A stretch of DNA of 55,159 nucleotides, filler included, from Bipalium vagum (Eukaryota): NCBI GenBank assembly GCA_037834085.1. It is 3 parts of 3 records of this genome, joined end to end, with 100 filler letters (N's around TTAATTAATTAA, not from the genome) between each part and the next. Parts side by side here need not be neighbours in the genome. Positions count along the whole stretch, not along the records: positions 1 to 15,925 come from JBBMKC010137829.1; positions 16,026 to 33,522 come from JBBMKC010062841.1; 1 more part is not named here. One strand, given 5' to 3'. This document shows, piece by piece, positions 12,919-25,726 of the stretch. Numbering within the stretch: position 1 is the first letter of the stretch; the number at the start of each line of letters is the position of its first letter. A model generated the notes under the pieces. It saw only the letters and a list, made by a program, of their open reading frames with translations, searched no databases and was not told the origin of the DNA. The translations under genes were made by a program, and so were the position numbers.

Positions 12919-15789
12919 AGCAAGTATTTCATTTAATCATCAGAGAAGGAATAAATAAATTTTATTAATATTTATTTTGAAATAAATATAATATTATAAA
13001 ATATATTTAAGAAATTGATAAAATACTTCTGTAGCATATATTTAAATGTAATTATATGTTTAAATTATTTTTATTTATTTATATATTAATTTTTAGTATA
13101 TTTCTGTACTTGTGTTATTTATTTTTTAAAATATTTAATATTAACGTGAAATAATATCTCGAAATATAAAACGACAATAATAATAATAATAATAAAATAA
13201 GTTAAAGCCAGTTACCATCATGTTGTTCTTGTCCTTTTGACTTGTTTGGGTAGTATTGACGTGGATGTACTTGTCACTGAATACTTGCTTCAGCTTAAAA
13301 GGAAAATATTTTTATTAGTTTTTCAATGAGAAACAAAATTATTTGGTATAAAAAATAAAAATAATCAATACTAACTATCCAGGATTATTGAATTATTAAT
13401 TTCAAAAATTTATTAAGTATTCTGTTGGTTGGAGGGTTATTGTGCTTTTTTCATGTCAATGTTGTAGACTTAAATTCAAACCATAAAAAGAATGAAATGT
13501 TTATGGTGTAACATAAGAATGAATTCTATTCATCGAAATACAATCCCTCGTGATTCTATTTTACAAGTTGAGACATTGTTTGTCAATGTTAATGTCAAGC
13601 TTGGTTTTTCATTGCCTAGGTTTCATTTTGGAAATGTCCACCTTCCAGATTTATCACGTGCTGCAAGGCTAACCAATGAAAAGCTTAATAGAACAGTTCA
13701 AGAAGAACGGGGTTGACAACTCATGAAATTGAAGGACATTTACTTCGACTACTCTTGTCCTAAACTATAATAAACACGTTGATTATGTCACAAAACTTGA
13801 TATTTTCATTCCATTTATTCTCGCAGACAGGTATTTCTCATCGAATTTGAATCTTTGATTTGTTTCCGAAATGTAAAATTAAACCAGTCATGAAGTAGTT
13901 CGTCCAAAATGTTTCCGGGTAGTATGAACAATGGATAACAAAAAATAATCCATTGGAAGACAGATTTTGGAAGCGCATTATAACTTGTGATGAAAAATTG
14001 ATTTTTTTTGGAAAATAGCAATTAAAAGAGAGGAAAAGTCTGTACCAGTCGTTCGGCAAAATCCCTTTGAAAAGGTGACGATGATTAGTGTTTAGTGGAA
14101 CATTGGTGGTGCATTATATTTTAAGCTTCTTCCAGATGGTCAAACCATTAATGTTGAGTATTAGTGCCAATAAGTAGATCGTGTTTACAACATTGTGAAA
14201 GACAAATATCCAGCTTTAATCAAACAGAAACACGCTCTTTTGCAGCATGACAGTGCTCCACCAGATCGTGCTAAATAATTCAACAAAAATTAAAGAATTA
14301 GATGGATTTAAAGTATTATCACATCGATGGTATAGTTCCGAATTGGCACATTTAAATTATGGCTTGTTCCGATCAATGCAGTATTTCTTGAGTGGTCGGC
14401 GGTTTCAAACAGTTGCAGAAGATGAAGAAGCTTGTAATCAGATTTTTGCTTCAAAGATCGTAACTGATACCTCAAACAGACCAGATTACTTCCGACCGAT
14501 GGCGCAGTGTTATTGGGAATCATGGACTTTACTTTAATGAATACATTTGTGTAAGTAAAATGTATTTTGTAAATAAAGTCTTCGGACGTTTTTTTAACTT
14601 TTCTGCCCGGAAACCTTTTGGACGACCTAGCGTAGTATATAGATGAGGCCGGCATTGTGGACAGAAAAGGAATTTGTTATCAGCACAACAACTGCAGATT
14701 GCACAAAAGATGTGATATCCGCGAAGTCAGATATCCTTTCTCTCTTGAACCAGTTCTTTGCAGAAAAGGACAAGAAGAAAGAACAAGAAAAGGCAATGAT
14801 TTAGGAGGCACCATCCATTGTTAATTAAAACTTCCAAACCACCATATTGAATACCCTCTATGTTAAATAAAGTGTCAGTTCTCCTTTTTTCATTCTATAT
14901 AATAATATTATAATATAATTTATTTGGACAGAATTCTTTTCCCGCTTATTAATAAATGGGTCATGAATAATTGATCATATTTGAGGGGAAAGATGTACTT
15001 TAAGAGGAACTTTAAAAAAAATTGACAAAAACATTTATGAATAATAAAAATTTAATTTAATAATGATTTAATTAATTAATTTAATTAATTATTAGCGCGT
15101 TTTATTTAATAATTATGGATTTCACAATATAGAGAAAATCTTTTTAAATTCAGAGATGGCTTATAATACAGGGGGACATTAAGATAAACTTGCCTCAATG
15201 CAAGTGTTAATAAAAGTCAATAAAATACACAATGTTGACTGCCAGAGACACGAGTGGCTCATCGACGTTTTGCACCGCTACGGCAATAATTTCCCAACAG
15301 TCAATGTGTTAGTAAGAGGACCATTTAACGTCTTTGTCTGCAAAATAGCTAAAGATGTCGTCATAATGAGTTTGGTCAGACCATGGGGATTTTTAATTGA
15401 AAATAGTAAAATAAAGAACATCAAAAAAAGGGCCACAAAAATAAAATAAAAAGTAAAAAAAGGATTAAAATAATTTTTGTTCTTGATTTCAAATTAAAAT
15501 AAAAAAATATTATTTAACATTAAAATTTTCGAAATTATTTAATATATTAAAATAAAAAGTATAATCAATACGTTCTCCAAATATTGTGAACATATTATCA
15601 GATGAATTCCATTTAATATTCCATTCAATATCATTGAGAATAGTAAATATATTATTAATTTGCCCAGTGAAAAAATGTTTAATATTTTTAATTAAATATT
15701 ACTTGAATAACTTCGCCATAACGAACTCTCTTGTTCTGGTTACGTCTTTGCTCCGCCATATTATCCACGTTTTCAGCCTCGGCTGCGGC
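4524..15789 (-). CDS. Inositol 1,4,5-trisphosphate receptor-like (ITPR/RyR superfamily) Ca2+ channel, partial. Exons 15789-15703, 13293-13216, 7816-7736, 7695-7598, 4611-4524
   Basis: All five exons have AG/GT borders and compatible phases. They splice to AAAEAENVDNMAEQRRNQNKRVRYGEVIQ|LKQVFSDKYIHVNTTQTSQKDKNNMM|VSLNSHNDKTAQFKILPRYKVKSEGEY|VQIYDQIILESIKSPGHFFHASLPFHLDNFSIG|SELNLGVEQSGFTIVKSYSHFDESEPYVR, matching the ITPR suppressor/MIR motifs YGxxIQLxH and FxIxPRYKxxSEG...DQIxLES. Start exon(s) not found; the 3' part presumably lies left of the window. Confidence 0.88.
4680..4779. other. Assembly gap (100 N)
   Basis: N run flanked by an AT-rich tandem repeat. Confidence 0.99.
4780..4890. repeat. 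15-bp tandem minisatellite (TATTCAATAAATAAA)n abutting the gap
   Basis: About 5-6 near-perfect units. It produces the spurious ORFs 4638-4880 and 4655-4861. Confidence 0.9.
5700..6150 (-). mobile_element. Mariner transposase C-terminal remnant
   Basis: ILFHHDNANSH...EVFPH(P)PYSPDTTPFDYG..SMQHYRRGKQFKSVDEVEEACNDFFQSK (DD34D). Confidence 0.85.
6400..7260 (-). mobile_element. Penelope-like element remnant (RT thumb + GIY-YIG endonuclease)
   Basis: 6415-6690 is a degenerate paralogue of 8825-9103 (YIGET..HLRTRIVEH, ESLLI). Upstream KNGFIK*LIRRV...IDKELDII resembles the Penelope RT thumb. Confidence 0.75.
8166..8500 (+). mobile_element. Tc1-like transposase N-terminal HTH fragment
   Basis: LSLFEIG*IVGLRESGISFREIVRSL resembles the Tc1 LSxFERGxIVGxxxxGxSxREIA motif. 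Confidence 0.55.
8600..9120 (-). mobile_element. Penelope-like retroelement 3' fragment: GIY-YIG endonuclease ORF (8705-9103) plus downstream pLTR-like sequence
   Basis: NIVYEFKCHGCNILYIGETKRHLRTRISEH...H...ESLLIKERQPEINIQ is the Penelope-type GIY-YIG with the CxxC/H signature, followed by a hammerhead core. Confidence 0.88.
8605..8656 (-). ncRNA. Minimal (type I-like) hammerhead ribozyme motif of a Penelope element, partly decayed
   Basis: Minus strand reads UAUGAAUGA-CUGAUGA-U-GAACU-gauaau-AGUUC-GAAA-CAUG-UU-UCUUGAUA: both catalytic boxes, a 5-bp stem II, a short stem III with palindromic CAUG loop, and an imperfect stem I. Confidence 0.65.
13740..14634 (+). mobile_element. Decayed mariner element with 3' TIR
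   Basis: FWKRIITCDEK, ALLQHDSAPP, HRWYSSELAHLNYGLFRSMQYFLSGRRF. TIR-like CCCGGAAACCTTTTGGACGACCTAGCGTA at the right end. Confidence 0.8.
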
Positions 15790-15925
15790 CTAAATATATA
15801 ATGGAAAAATTAATATTTCAACTTGTTTTTCTCCGAACTCGCATTTCTCGTTTCAACTTTATTTATTATTTATTTATAAGTTTACATTAATCTTCTAAAT
15901 ATTTCAACAATAAAAAGTATATAAT

Positions 15926-16025
15926 NNNNNNNNNNNNNNNNNNNNNNNNNNNNNNNNNNNNNNNNNNNNTTAATTAATTAANNNNNNNNNNNNNNNNNNN
16001 NNNNNNNNNNNNNNNNNNNNNNNNN
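15926..16025. other. Scaffold gap with artificial six-frame-stop linker (N44-TTAATTAATTAA-N44)
   Basis: Identical construct at 33523-33622. Confidence 0.97.
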
Positions 16026-17478
16026 TTCAACCGTTGAGACCTAAGACACATTTACGCTCCAACCTTTAACATCTTTTTGTCCATCAACTTAGGATCTTAA
16101 CATTTATATACTTTTCAACAGTATTTTTAAGCACATAATAAAACTAACTTTCCATACTTCATAATTTTTTGAATTGGACTCCAAATCATAATTCTATTAT
16201 TTTATCTTTTATAAAAAATTTTACAATTTATTTTGTTTCCAATAAAATAAAATATTCTCTAATTATTTATTATTTATATTTTTTAATTATTTGACTTTTT
16301 ATAAAAATTAATTTCAATATTTAGAAAAAGCAATTTATTAATATTTATTTCCACAAGCTTTACTGTATTTTGTTAAATTTATTATAATTATAATCACTCT
16401 AATGCTCAATAATATAAAACAAAATATCAAGTAATTTTTAGACTCAAATTTACTGTTTAATATGAGGTCAAGAAAGGTTTCAGTATTTTTAAAACAATTT
16501 AATAATCATTTTTAGGTTGATATACTACAATAAATATAATCTGAATTAAATTTATTCATTTGCTTTTTTATTAAGTAAGGTAATATTTTTTCATTTTTAA
16601 AAAATCTGCTTCTAAATTTTTATTATAAGTTATTTGAATATTCTCTTTCCTGGTATTTCATTACATTTTACAATATTTGATAATTTAAAGAAATTATTAA
16701 ATAAAATTTTATCGTTTTTATTTTTCAAGCTCCTCTTTTGTATAATTTTAAAATAGTGCAGAGCAAGTACAATATTACTTTAATTTTCATGAGAATAAGA
16801 AAATCAATCATAAACTATTGTAAAGTCAAAATTTTATCCCTATCATTATATATCAAAATAAATTAATAAAACAAATATAGCTAACCGATATTCAAATACA
16901 AAGCTCTTGGCTATCACAAATTTTTAATCCTTGTCAAAAAATAATTCAAATTTAATTAACTTCAGTGAATTTTTGGAAGATTTCAAGTTATACAACGAGA
17001 AATCAAATAGAACCATTATATAATTGTTTAATCCTTTATAAAAGTAACGAAAAATGCTTGCTTTTTAAATTGGAAACATTTCACCAACATTTTTAAAAGA
17101 AATCATTGACAGTAACAATTTTAGCCCTAAGTCCTCTTAACAGCCACTCAAGTCAATAATACTCAACAAATCTTAAGCCAGATCGGTAAAAATACCAAAA
17201 AATCAATCCCTGATTATGAAAAATGTAAATGAAATCTCCGTCATTTCTATATGTCCCAACGTCACTCAAAATTAAGTCATACACTTGTAATAGAAATCAA
17301 TAACAAGTGAAACCCTCAACAATATTTGATTGACAAAAACTATACAAGTGCATTAATAAACTAGTTTTTAATTGAACCACAATACTCTACAAGAGCCACG
17401 AATAAGTACGCTACCAATCACAAAAATTAAAACAATAATGATAATAATGTGGTGGTGACAATAATATTATTTTGAATT

Positions 17479-19317
17479 CTAATGACAGTGATCCAGGTTT
17501 TCCAATATCAACGATTTTCTCCACCCAAAAAGAAAGTACCCCGACATTGAACCCAAAATAATGGCTAAACAAATCCAGACATTGAAGGTCATGAAAGCCA
17601 ACATGATCAGATAGCTGAGAAACGTTTGGAATAAATGCAGAACGGTTTGGAATATGTGGTCTCTATTAAAGCGTCGGTAAACAAATCTATAATGGTGAAT
17701 ATAAATCAATCTAGGATATTTGAAACAATGAAGTTTATTTGTCATAACCCCATAATAAAATCTTCAACCCAAAAAAACCATATTCAAAAATAAACCCTTA
17801 ACATGTGATACCTGTCAAATGAAGACATAGACGAGTTTCTTCGGATTCGAAGTTCATAATCCCTAAAGGCAAATAAAAAATGAACCGTTTTTTCACAAAC
17901 ATCTTTGACTCAAAACTAATTCTACCGGGATTTCCCATTTTACTAAACTTGTACGGTAACATTTCCTTAAATGAAAACTTTTCAGCTTATCCAGTGTGCT
18001 ATCTTTCGTATTTTGCAACTGTTAAATGTTTTCACTCTTTGCAATTTCAACTTTGTATCATACTACGACTTTTAAGAAAAATCTTAAAAGTCTTCCCTTA
18101 ATTAATAGATGGCATTTGTCACTGATCCCATCAGCATCTGATTATCATTATCTGAACACTTTCGTTCACTACCCTAGGGATAGCCGAATTAAAAATTCAT
18201 TCTTTCGCACAGAATTCGTAAAATTGTACCAATTTGAATCACGTTAAAAACGAGAAATAACAACAATATATAACAATTATTTTTTCAATTTGTATTAGGA
18301 GTTATTAATTAATTAATCGATTTAAATTTAATTTTTAAAATTACTCATTATAATAATAAATATTTTATTATTATATTGATATTACCTATTCAGTACAAAT
18401 ACGATTTTCTCGTTTGCTTCAAAAAAGGAAATTTTGGAAACTAAGATTGAAATGGTCACCGCTATGAACATCAAGTGATACATATAACCTGATGAACACG
18501 AACCAAGAGGATCAGAATTATTTTTCGGGAAGAGGAAAGTTCTATTGTCAAACGACAACACTTTGTGTCATAATGTATTAATCAAAACAGAAATCTCAAT
18601 TATAAAATTATTAAGAAACCGGCCATTAGAAATCTTTAATGGAAAACTAAAGTGATTACCATTCGTGATCCATCGACAGTTCCAGATTTCGTCAAAACTC
18701 TTTATAACTTTGAATTTATTACAAAAAAGATCTCAAGGTTCTAAGAAAACTATAAATGTCACCCTTTCATCACATGTAAATGTTTATAACACATGAAACG
18801 ATCGTTGATGTCAAATAAAGTTATCCATGAATGACTGCAAAGTCATTGACACTGAATATGTCACATTACATAAATGGCATTGATAAATTGATAAATTTAC
18901 TCAAATTTCATTCGATAAATCCAATAATTATTGATAATAATTATAATTAGAATGTGACCACCACCATACATTATTTGCTTTATAATTTACCGCTAATTTG
19001 TAAAAACTGATGAGGATAAGTGATAATTGAAGTTTGGCAGTCAAATGATGATTGGGGTAATCGTCTTTATATCGAGAACCTTTCCATTTAATGATAAAAG
19101 AGAAAATGTTCTGTCAAACTGTTGCTGATTACTGAACATTTAACAAAAGTAATTTTGTTCAGTAAATGAACAAAATCAGAGACACAAGCAGGCGACACAA
19201 AGAACAAAATAGAAGATAGACATTTAACAAATAATGTTTGTTTGAAATATGATTTTTTGGAATTGTGCTATATGAACTTTTACTTTACTAATCTTTCTAA
19301 ATAGAGATATTATCCTA

Positions 19318-19397
<80 letters not shown>

Positions 19398-21170
19398 GTT
19401 AATATTATAATAATTATTATTATTGAAAATGCGGCTACAAAATTAATGCAAAGTCCAGAGTACAAAATGTAAAACAATAATAATAATTTAATAATTATCT
19501 GTTCTTAATACCTCGATAGTTTATATAAAAAACAACTTTACGTCATCTGCACGCAATCGAAATAAAATCAACGGACACAAAATAAACAACAAATATTAAA
19601 CTTTCATTCATACATTGGACTTCGACTTTAGCAACTCGGTTATCAAAGGGTGCTGGTGAAAAGCATGAAGAAAAAGAAAGAAAGAAACGTGGTTCTTTGG
19701 TACGAGAAAGGTTATAACTTTTAATAAGCCACTGATAAAAAAATTATTTGAGTAACGATTTATAATCCATAATTAATACTTAAAAATAAATCAATTAAAT
19801 GTAATTATATAAATTGAAAATTTTAATTTTACTAAGAAAAATTTTTTTCTTAGGTGATATTAAGAATAATGGACACTCAAACAACCAGCATGGCCATCCT
19901 ATCTTATTTAATATTTTTTAGTAAATAAATGAAAAAAAAACGGCTTATTTTCAAATTTTCAAATGGTATTGCCAAGAAATTCTAAGTGATGGTATATTTA
20001 TATTTAAAATATCTAATTTAAGAACTTAATTTTAAATTAATCAATAATTTTTTTTGCTTATTTAGGTATTATTTAATATTATTTATATTAATATTATTTA
20101 TATATAATATTAATAATTTTTAAATATGATTTTAAAATTAAAAATTCCCTTAATCTGATTAAACTCTTCTTACTTTTATTATGACATTTTCGATAAATCC
20201 AAAATTCTCATCCAATAACATTTAAGATTATAATTTTTCTTTTTGTCAATCATAAAATGAATTTTTACAACTTTCAGTTATCAAGAGTCAGATTTTAATT
20301 ACACTTAGAAAATTTAAATAAAAGTTTTTCATCTCTAATTTGTTTAAATAAATCATTAATAAGCTCTAATTTATGTTTAATAAGCAACATTTTAAATGTT
20401 TTGTAAAAATTTAATAATAATTAACAAATAATGAGTATAATAATAATAATAATTATTATTATTATTATTACTATTATTAATATCTAAAAATAAAAAAACA
20501 AACTAGATCAAAAGTCTTCAATAAAGAACATCATCAAATCATATCTAAAACTTGCTGAAATTCCATATTTCTGTTTATTAATGTAAATAAATAAATCAAC
20601 CTCAACTTTATATATTTTATTATCAATGAATATAATGTTATTAATCTTACGCATTTAGATAATGAGAAGATTTCGCTTGAATAACTTCATCATTATTGAC
20701 CGTTATGTCTTCTCTTATATCGTGATTGGGGTTTTCTATGAGAGGGGTAGGCACTGAATGATTATTTATAGTATATTTTCTATTTTTTTTAATACACCTA
20801 AAGAACAAAACTTCCCGATATGTCTATAGATGAAATAATACTTCACATAAGTAAAAGAATGAGAATTCACTTTCAAGCCCTCATATGACAAGGTTAGAAA
20901 AAATAATACTATTGCGCCACCACAAATCGCTAAATTACAATATAAAATAACTGTATTAAATTCAATTAAATACCTCCATAAGATGTAATAAACAGTTCTT
21001 TAAAGAACAAGTAAAAAGGGTTTACCAAATTAAAATACATCTATAAAATAATAAATTTAAATGTGTTAATAAAAAACTACAATAAATCATTTTACTGTCA
21101 TTCCAGTATGATTATGCATATGCATCATCATATGATGTTTGCTATGGTTCATTGGAGATTTTCCTATCAT
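17479..21170 (-). CDS. CTR (SLC31A1/CTR1-like) high-affinity copper transporter, 196 aa. Exons 21170-21096, 21040-20974, 20929-20871, 20823-20796, 20753-20651, 17862-17812, 17686-17479
   Basis: Spliced ORF of 591 nt with GT-AG introns. His/Met-rich N-terminus MIGKSPMNHSKHHMMMHMHNHTGMT|MYF, TM1 ending YEGLKTYRE, MxxxM (MLAFM) in TM2, GxxxG (GSMSG) in TM3, C-terminal HCH. Confidence 0.93.
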
Positions 21171-24166
21171 TTTAATAATTTGAAAATGTTTCGTAAAGCA
21201 CAATTTTAATTATGCAAATTTAAATATTACTAAATTAAAATGACTTATTTTGATTAATATAAACAATTAATAAAAATGATTTTGTTATTAATATATTAGA
21301 ATGTTAATGCAGTATAAATATATTTATAAATAAAAATTAAATATATAAAAAATTTAGGTGTGGAAACACAAAAATATTATAATATCAATATTCTATATCA
21401 AAATACATTAACTAAAATAAATTTGAAACAAAGTAAAACATGATACTATATAGGATATTGAATTTGTTTTGGAGCTTTATGTAATATTTTGGTTAGAACA
21501 CATAGAAAAACCTCGACCTAAAATTATTCTATGAAATTATTTATCTTAAATTACAAAGTTGTTTTCATACCATTTTCCTCTTTTCCTATTTACTTTTAGT
21601 TTTCTTCAGTATTTCAGTTCATCCCAAATTCTGACATCGTGTCCAGGGAGAGGCCATCTTAAGTATCTTTTCGCTTATAGTCAAAGAATAACTGGTTACC
21701 ATGACAACATAAGATTTTTCAGATTTTATATTTTCTCGAGTTTAGCTTGAAACCCTTAATGTACAGGATGCATGCTTGACAAAAATGTTGTTTATGTGTT
21801 ACTATTTTCCTTAACTGAAATATGTAACTTAAGCTCAAAATCGATCACCAATCTCTACTCTTTTAGACAGCTATTTCCCATAATAATCCATAAATTCTAA
21901 CTTTATCTCCACATCCAGATAAAGTTAGTAAAAAATTAATGAAAATAATAATTTATTGCCCCGACGACGGGAAATATTCTTTTCTGACAGAGAGATTTTG
22001 AAAATATATTTTAAGTAAGAGTGGGATATTCCCCCAGGAATATCTCAAAAAACTTGAGGAATCAATAGCTAAACGAATTGCAGATATTATTGGAAGCCGT
22101 GGAACCAATAAAAAATATTAAAAATGTTCATCTGAATTAATTAAATGTCTTAAGTTTTGATTGTTTTGCTTTTTTATTTTTACATAATTTACATCTGTAT
22201 ACTAAAAGTTTTGTAATTCTTAAACATTTAAATAAAAATTTACAAATTTTATTGTAATATAACTTAGAACTAAATATTATCAAATCAGTTTTTCAATTAC
22301 TTACTTCATTGTCCACGTATCGTATATAAAAATATAATATTTAAAAAAAGGAAGTCGAAAAGAAAGAGGAAATAGTTATAATCAAAAGTCAATTCTCGAA
22401 TTTCAATTTCAAAGTTCAAAAGAAAGATCACTTCATTTTACATTGTGACTTGAAATAATTTATAATTGTTTAGCAATAATGTAAATTTTTTTCGAAATAA
22501 TAAAATTAAAAAAAGAATAATAATTTGTTATTAAATTAATTAATTAATTAATTACTTTTTCAAGAAAATAATGGCATATTAAGCAAACTGGATCCCGGAT
22601 CTGAAAAGAAAAATAAAATAATTGGACAAAATAAAATTACTTTTCGATAATATAATATTGAAAAAGTTCCCATACTGAAAAGAGTGGAGAGATCATTCAA
22701 GTATTAAGGGAAACAGAAACACTCATTGTAGCTTCTCAATGATCCTTGTCTAATTTATTTTCCAATAATTAGATTTTTAAAAATCTAAATTTTATGAAAA
22801 AAATAGTAAAAACCACAAAATAGGCTACAAAACCATTTCAGAAAATATAATAAATAAAAATATAAACCTTTGATAAAACAGAATAATAATAATTTTTAAA
22901 AATAATTTTAAAAACATGAAAGTTATATCTGAATAATTTATAACCTGTAAGTAAATATAAAATAAAATTAATATGACATTATGTGCATGAGAAGGAATTG
23001 ACAACAGTGAAATTAAGTCATTGAGGAATTATTTGGAAATTAAGTGAAAATAAAATAATTTCAACACAAGAAAGTAACTAGTAAAATTATTATATATACG
23101 TAACTAAAATCATTTATCTTCCAAAATTTAAATTTTTAGTTTATCATAACTAAAAGTCAATTTAGAAAAAGCTCTACTTTTTGAGTTTATCACAAATGAA
23201 GATAAAAATTTTGAAGTACAAAAGACGTAAGTGAATTATAACATTTACTGATTCTAATTAATCTTATTACACAGAACGTGAATATCATTTTTCGTTTCTG
23301 CTATTGTTTAATAAATCTTCCAGCTTCTTCTTTTACTGTTATTTTCGAGCAATTACAGTCTGGTGAACTAGTAACCCGACTCGTTATTTTAATTCATGGC
23401 GTCTACACTGTTCCCACTGTATATTGAATTCTTCTTTTGTTAATCAAATTGTCATTTTAATCGAAAGTCAATAAATTTGATTTGTTATTTTATCAAAAAA
23501 GGTTTTTGTAGTAAAACAAATATAATTTGGATTCAGTTTAAAAGATAAGCAACCTTATAAAAACCTTATTAATATTAGGTTGTTCAGAAATGAATGTCGG
23601 TTTTTGACTTTTAACTTTTAAAGTAAAAAGTTTCAAGTAAGACTAAAGTTTATTAGGCAAAATATGCACCATTATCTTGAATACACTTACGCTTTTTTCT
23701 TAATCGCAGTGTTTCTTCTAACTGCACATAGTTGACAGTCATCTATTAAAAAATCTGCCTTTTATATCTGCCCAATAATATTTTTACTTCAATCTTGACA
23801 TAATCTTTTTAACTGATAAAAAAAATAATAAAAATTTAAAAAATAAAGTGATTATTTTATTTTTACAATTTAATAAATTTTTAAAAAATAGAATTTGATT
23901 TTGTCATTCTAAAATTTTCAAAATAAATTTATATTTCATATTATTTTATTTTTTAAAAAGTGATTTTATTAAATATAATTTTTGGGTGAATTATGTGCCA
24001 ATACTATTTTTCAACTAGTCGTTTGAGTCATGAAATGACAAATTAAATGATAAGCAGAAAAAACAATGAAACACATATAAGAGATTTTTTTATATCAGTT
24101 AAATTAGTCACAATATTATTTAACACATGTGCCAATGAGTGACAAGATCTTAAATAACACACACAC

Positions 24167-24593
24167 ATATACAATCCCATACATTAAGTTGTCCAGACAA
24201 AAAAATTACAACATTTATATTATATGTATATTATATTTATATACAAAAAACAATATATTGTTAATATTTGATATATCCTCCAGCTGCATCGATTATTGCG
24301 GAAAGCCTTCGCTCCATAGAATCTACAAGGTTGTACCGGTAATTCCCTTCTCCCATGATATTGGTCCAGAAATCCTGACACTTTTTGAACATGGCATCAG
24401 ATGTAGTTGGTTTTATCAGCATATGATTAAGATGGTGTTTCATGTGGCCCCACATGTTTTCGATGGGGTTAGCATCGGAACAGATTGCTGGCCACGACAG
24501 AAGAGGTAAGTCATGATCATTGAACCAATCTCTTGTAAATTTGGCAGTATGGATTAGTGTATTGTCTTTTTGGTAGAATTCTATGTTGTTCAT
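24167..24593 (-). mobile_element. Tc1 (DD34E) transposase 3' fragment with terminal TIR
   Basis: FYQKDNTLIHTAKFTRDWF...LSWPAICSDANPIENMWG...LVDSMERRLSAIIDAAGGYIKY. TA+CAATCCCATACATTAAGTTGTCCAGAC at ~24169. Confidence 0.85.
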
Positions 24594-24599
24594 TTGATC

Positions 24600-25700
24600 A
24601 ACAAAAGGAAGGAGGTTCTGTTCTAATAGATCAACAGATATATAGTTCAGATATGCATTTTAGTCCAGATTTACAATCATTTAACGGGGACAGTGAAAAT
24701 GAATCAGATTATGAAGAAACAAAAATTGAAGAATTTAAATGGTCCTTAGAAGCATTCAATGATTTTTGTAGAGAATTAAATTTCAGTAAATTAATGTCCA
24801 ACAAATGCTCAAAGAGGATCAAGATTTGAAGAAAAAACATGTCGGTCACAGTTTGAAATGAAAGAAGTAAATATGTTATTGAAAGTTTTTCTATTCCAAA
24901 GGCATCAGTTCTTGTCATGATATCAATGGTTTGATGACTTACCTTGGTGTCAATTACCAAGGCACTGATTGATGCTTGTTTAATAACTCTTCAATATACA
25001 ATCTGAAAGCAGCTCTTATGTATAAAAATCATATGCTTTCAACCATTCTAATTGCAAAATTCATTATTAAAGAGGATCGGTCTTCGATTCAGAAAATAAT
25101 GCAATACATAAACTATTATTCCAATACCTGGGTCATAATGTGTGAACTGAAAGTTTTTAATTTTATAATGGAAATAAAGTCAGGACACGCAAAATACTCA
25201 TGCTTTTTATATATGTCAGATTCCAGACAAAGTGAACTGGATTGTGATCCCAACCATACCTACACGTGTAACATTTGATAACACAAAATTAGTAAATATT
25301 AACAAGATTGAAATTCCTTTCATGCATGTAAAAATAAGTATTTATTTGAGAAATCTGAAAACATTGGAAAAGGACAGCAATTGCTTTAAATATATATTCA
25401 AACAGTAACGAAATCAAAAGCAAAGTTAACGAATGGATTTTTTCACTGGACCTGAAATTAGACTTCTTATGGAAGATAATGCTTTTCCAGTAACAATGAG
25501 AATTTTTAAAAATGCAGCTTTGACTAACTTTTGTTCTGTTGCTAGACACGTTTTCCGAAAGGATGTAAAGGAAGACTGGAAAATAATTATATAGAGAAAA
25601 ACCAAAACTATTTCGATGAAATATTTTGAGATATAGTATATTTGGGCACAATCTCCACCAATTATTTTCCTAGTACTACTAGTATATAAATTTATATATC
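24600..25700 (+). mobile_element. Decayed Chapaev3-like (CMC superfamily) transposase
   Basis: FNDFCRELNFSK (cf. LNDLVRDLxLSK); LFNNSSIYNLKAALM...WVIMCELKV....IKSGHAKYSCFLYMSDSR (cf. LFIDSSxxSLKAVLL...WxICGDLKV...GYTKYxCFLCxWDSR); PFMHVK and FTGPEIRLLM (cf. PPLHIKLG, FVGPQIRxL). Subfamily name is from recall. Confidence 0.7.
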
Positions 25701-25726
25701 CATTAATCAATTTATTTTCTCAGAAA

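Noticed and set aside
15838-15894. Possible micro-exons (LKREMR; KIN) extending the ITPR-like gene upstream
   Set aside because: Weak splice sites, too short to support by eye, and adjacent to a gap.
15970-15981. Perfect palindrome TTAATTAATTAA centred in N runs (also 33567-33578)
   Set aside because: Artificial scaffolding linker with stops in all six frames; not biology.
18386-18440. AG/GT-bounded 55-nt segment as an extra CTR exon
   Set aside because: CTR splices in frame without it; inclusion shifts the frame or introduces a stop, and it has no homology support.
19005-19140. TGATGA...CTGA boxes suggesting a C/D snoRNA
   Set aside because: Antisense to the host gene, with no terminal stem and no recognisable rRNA guide.
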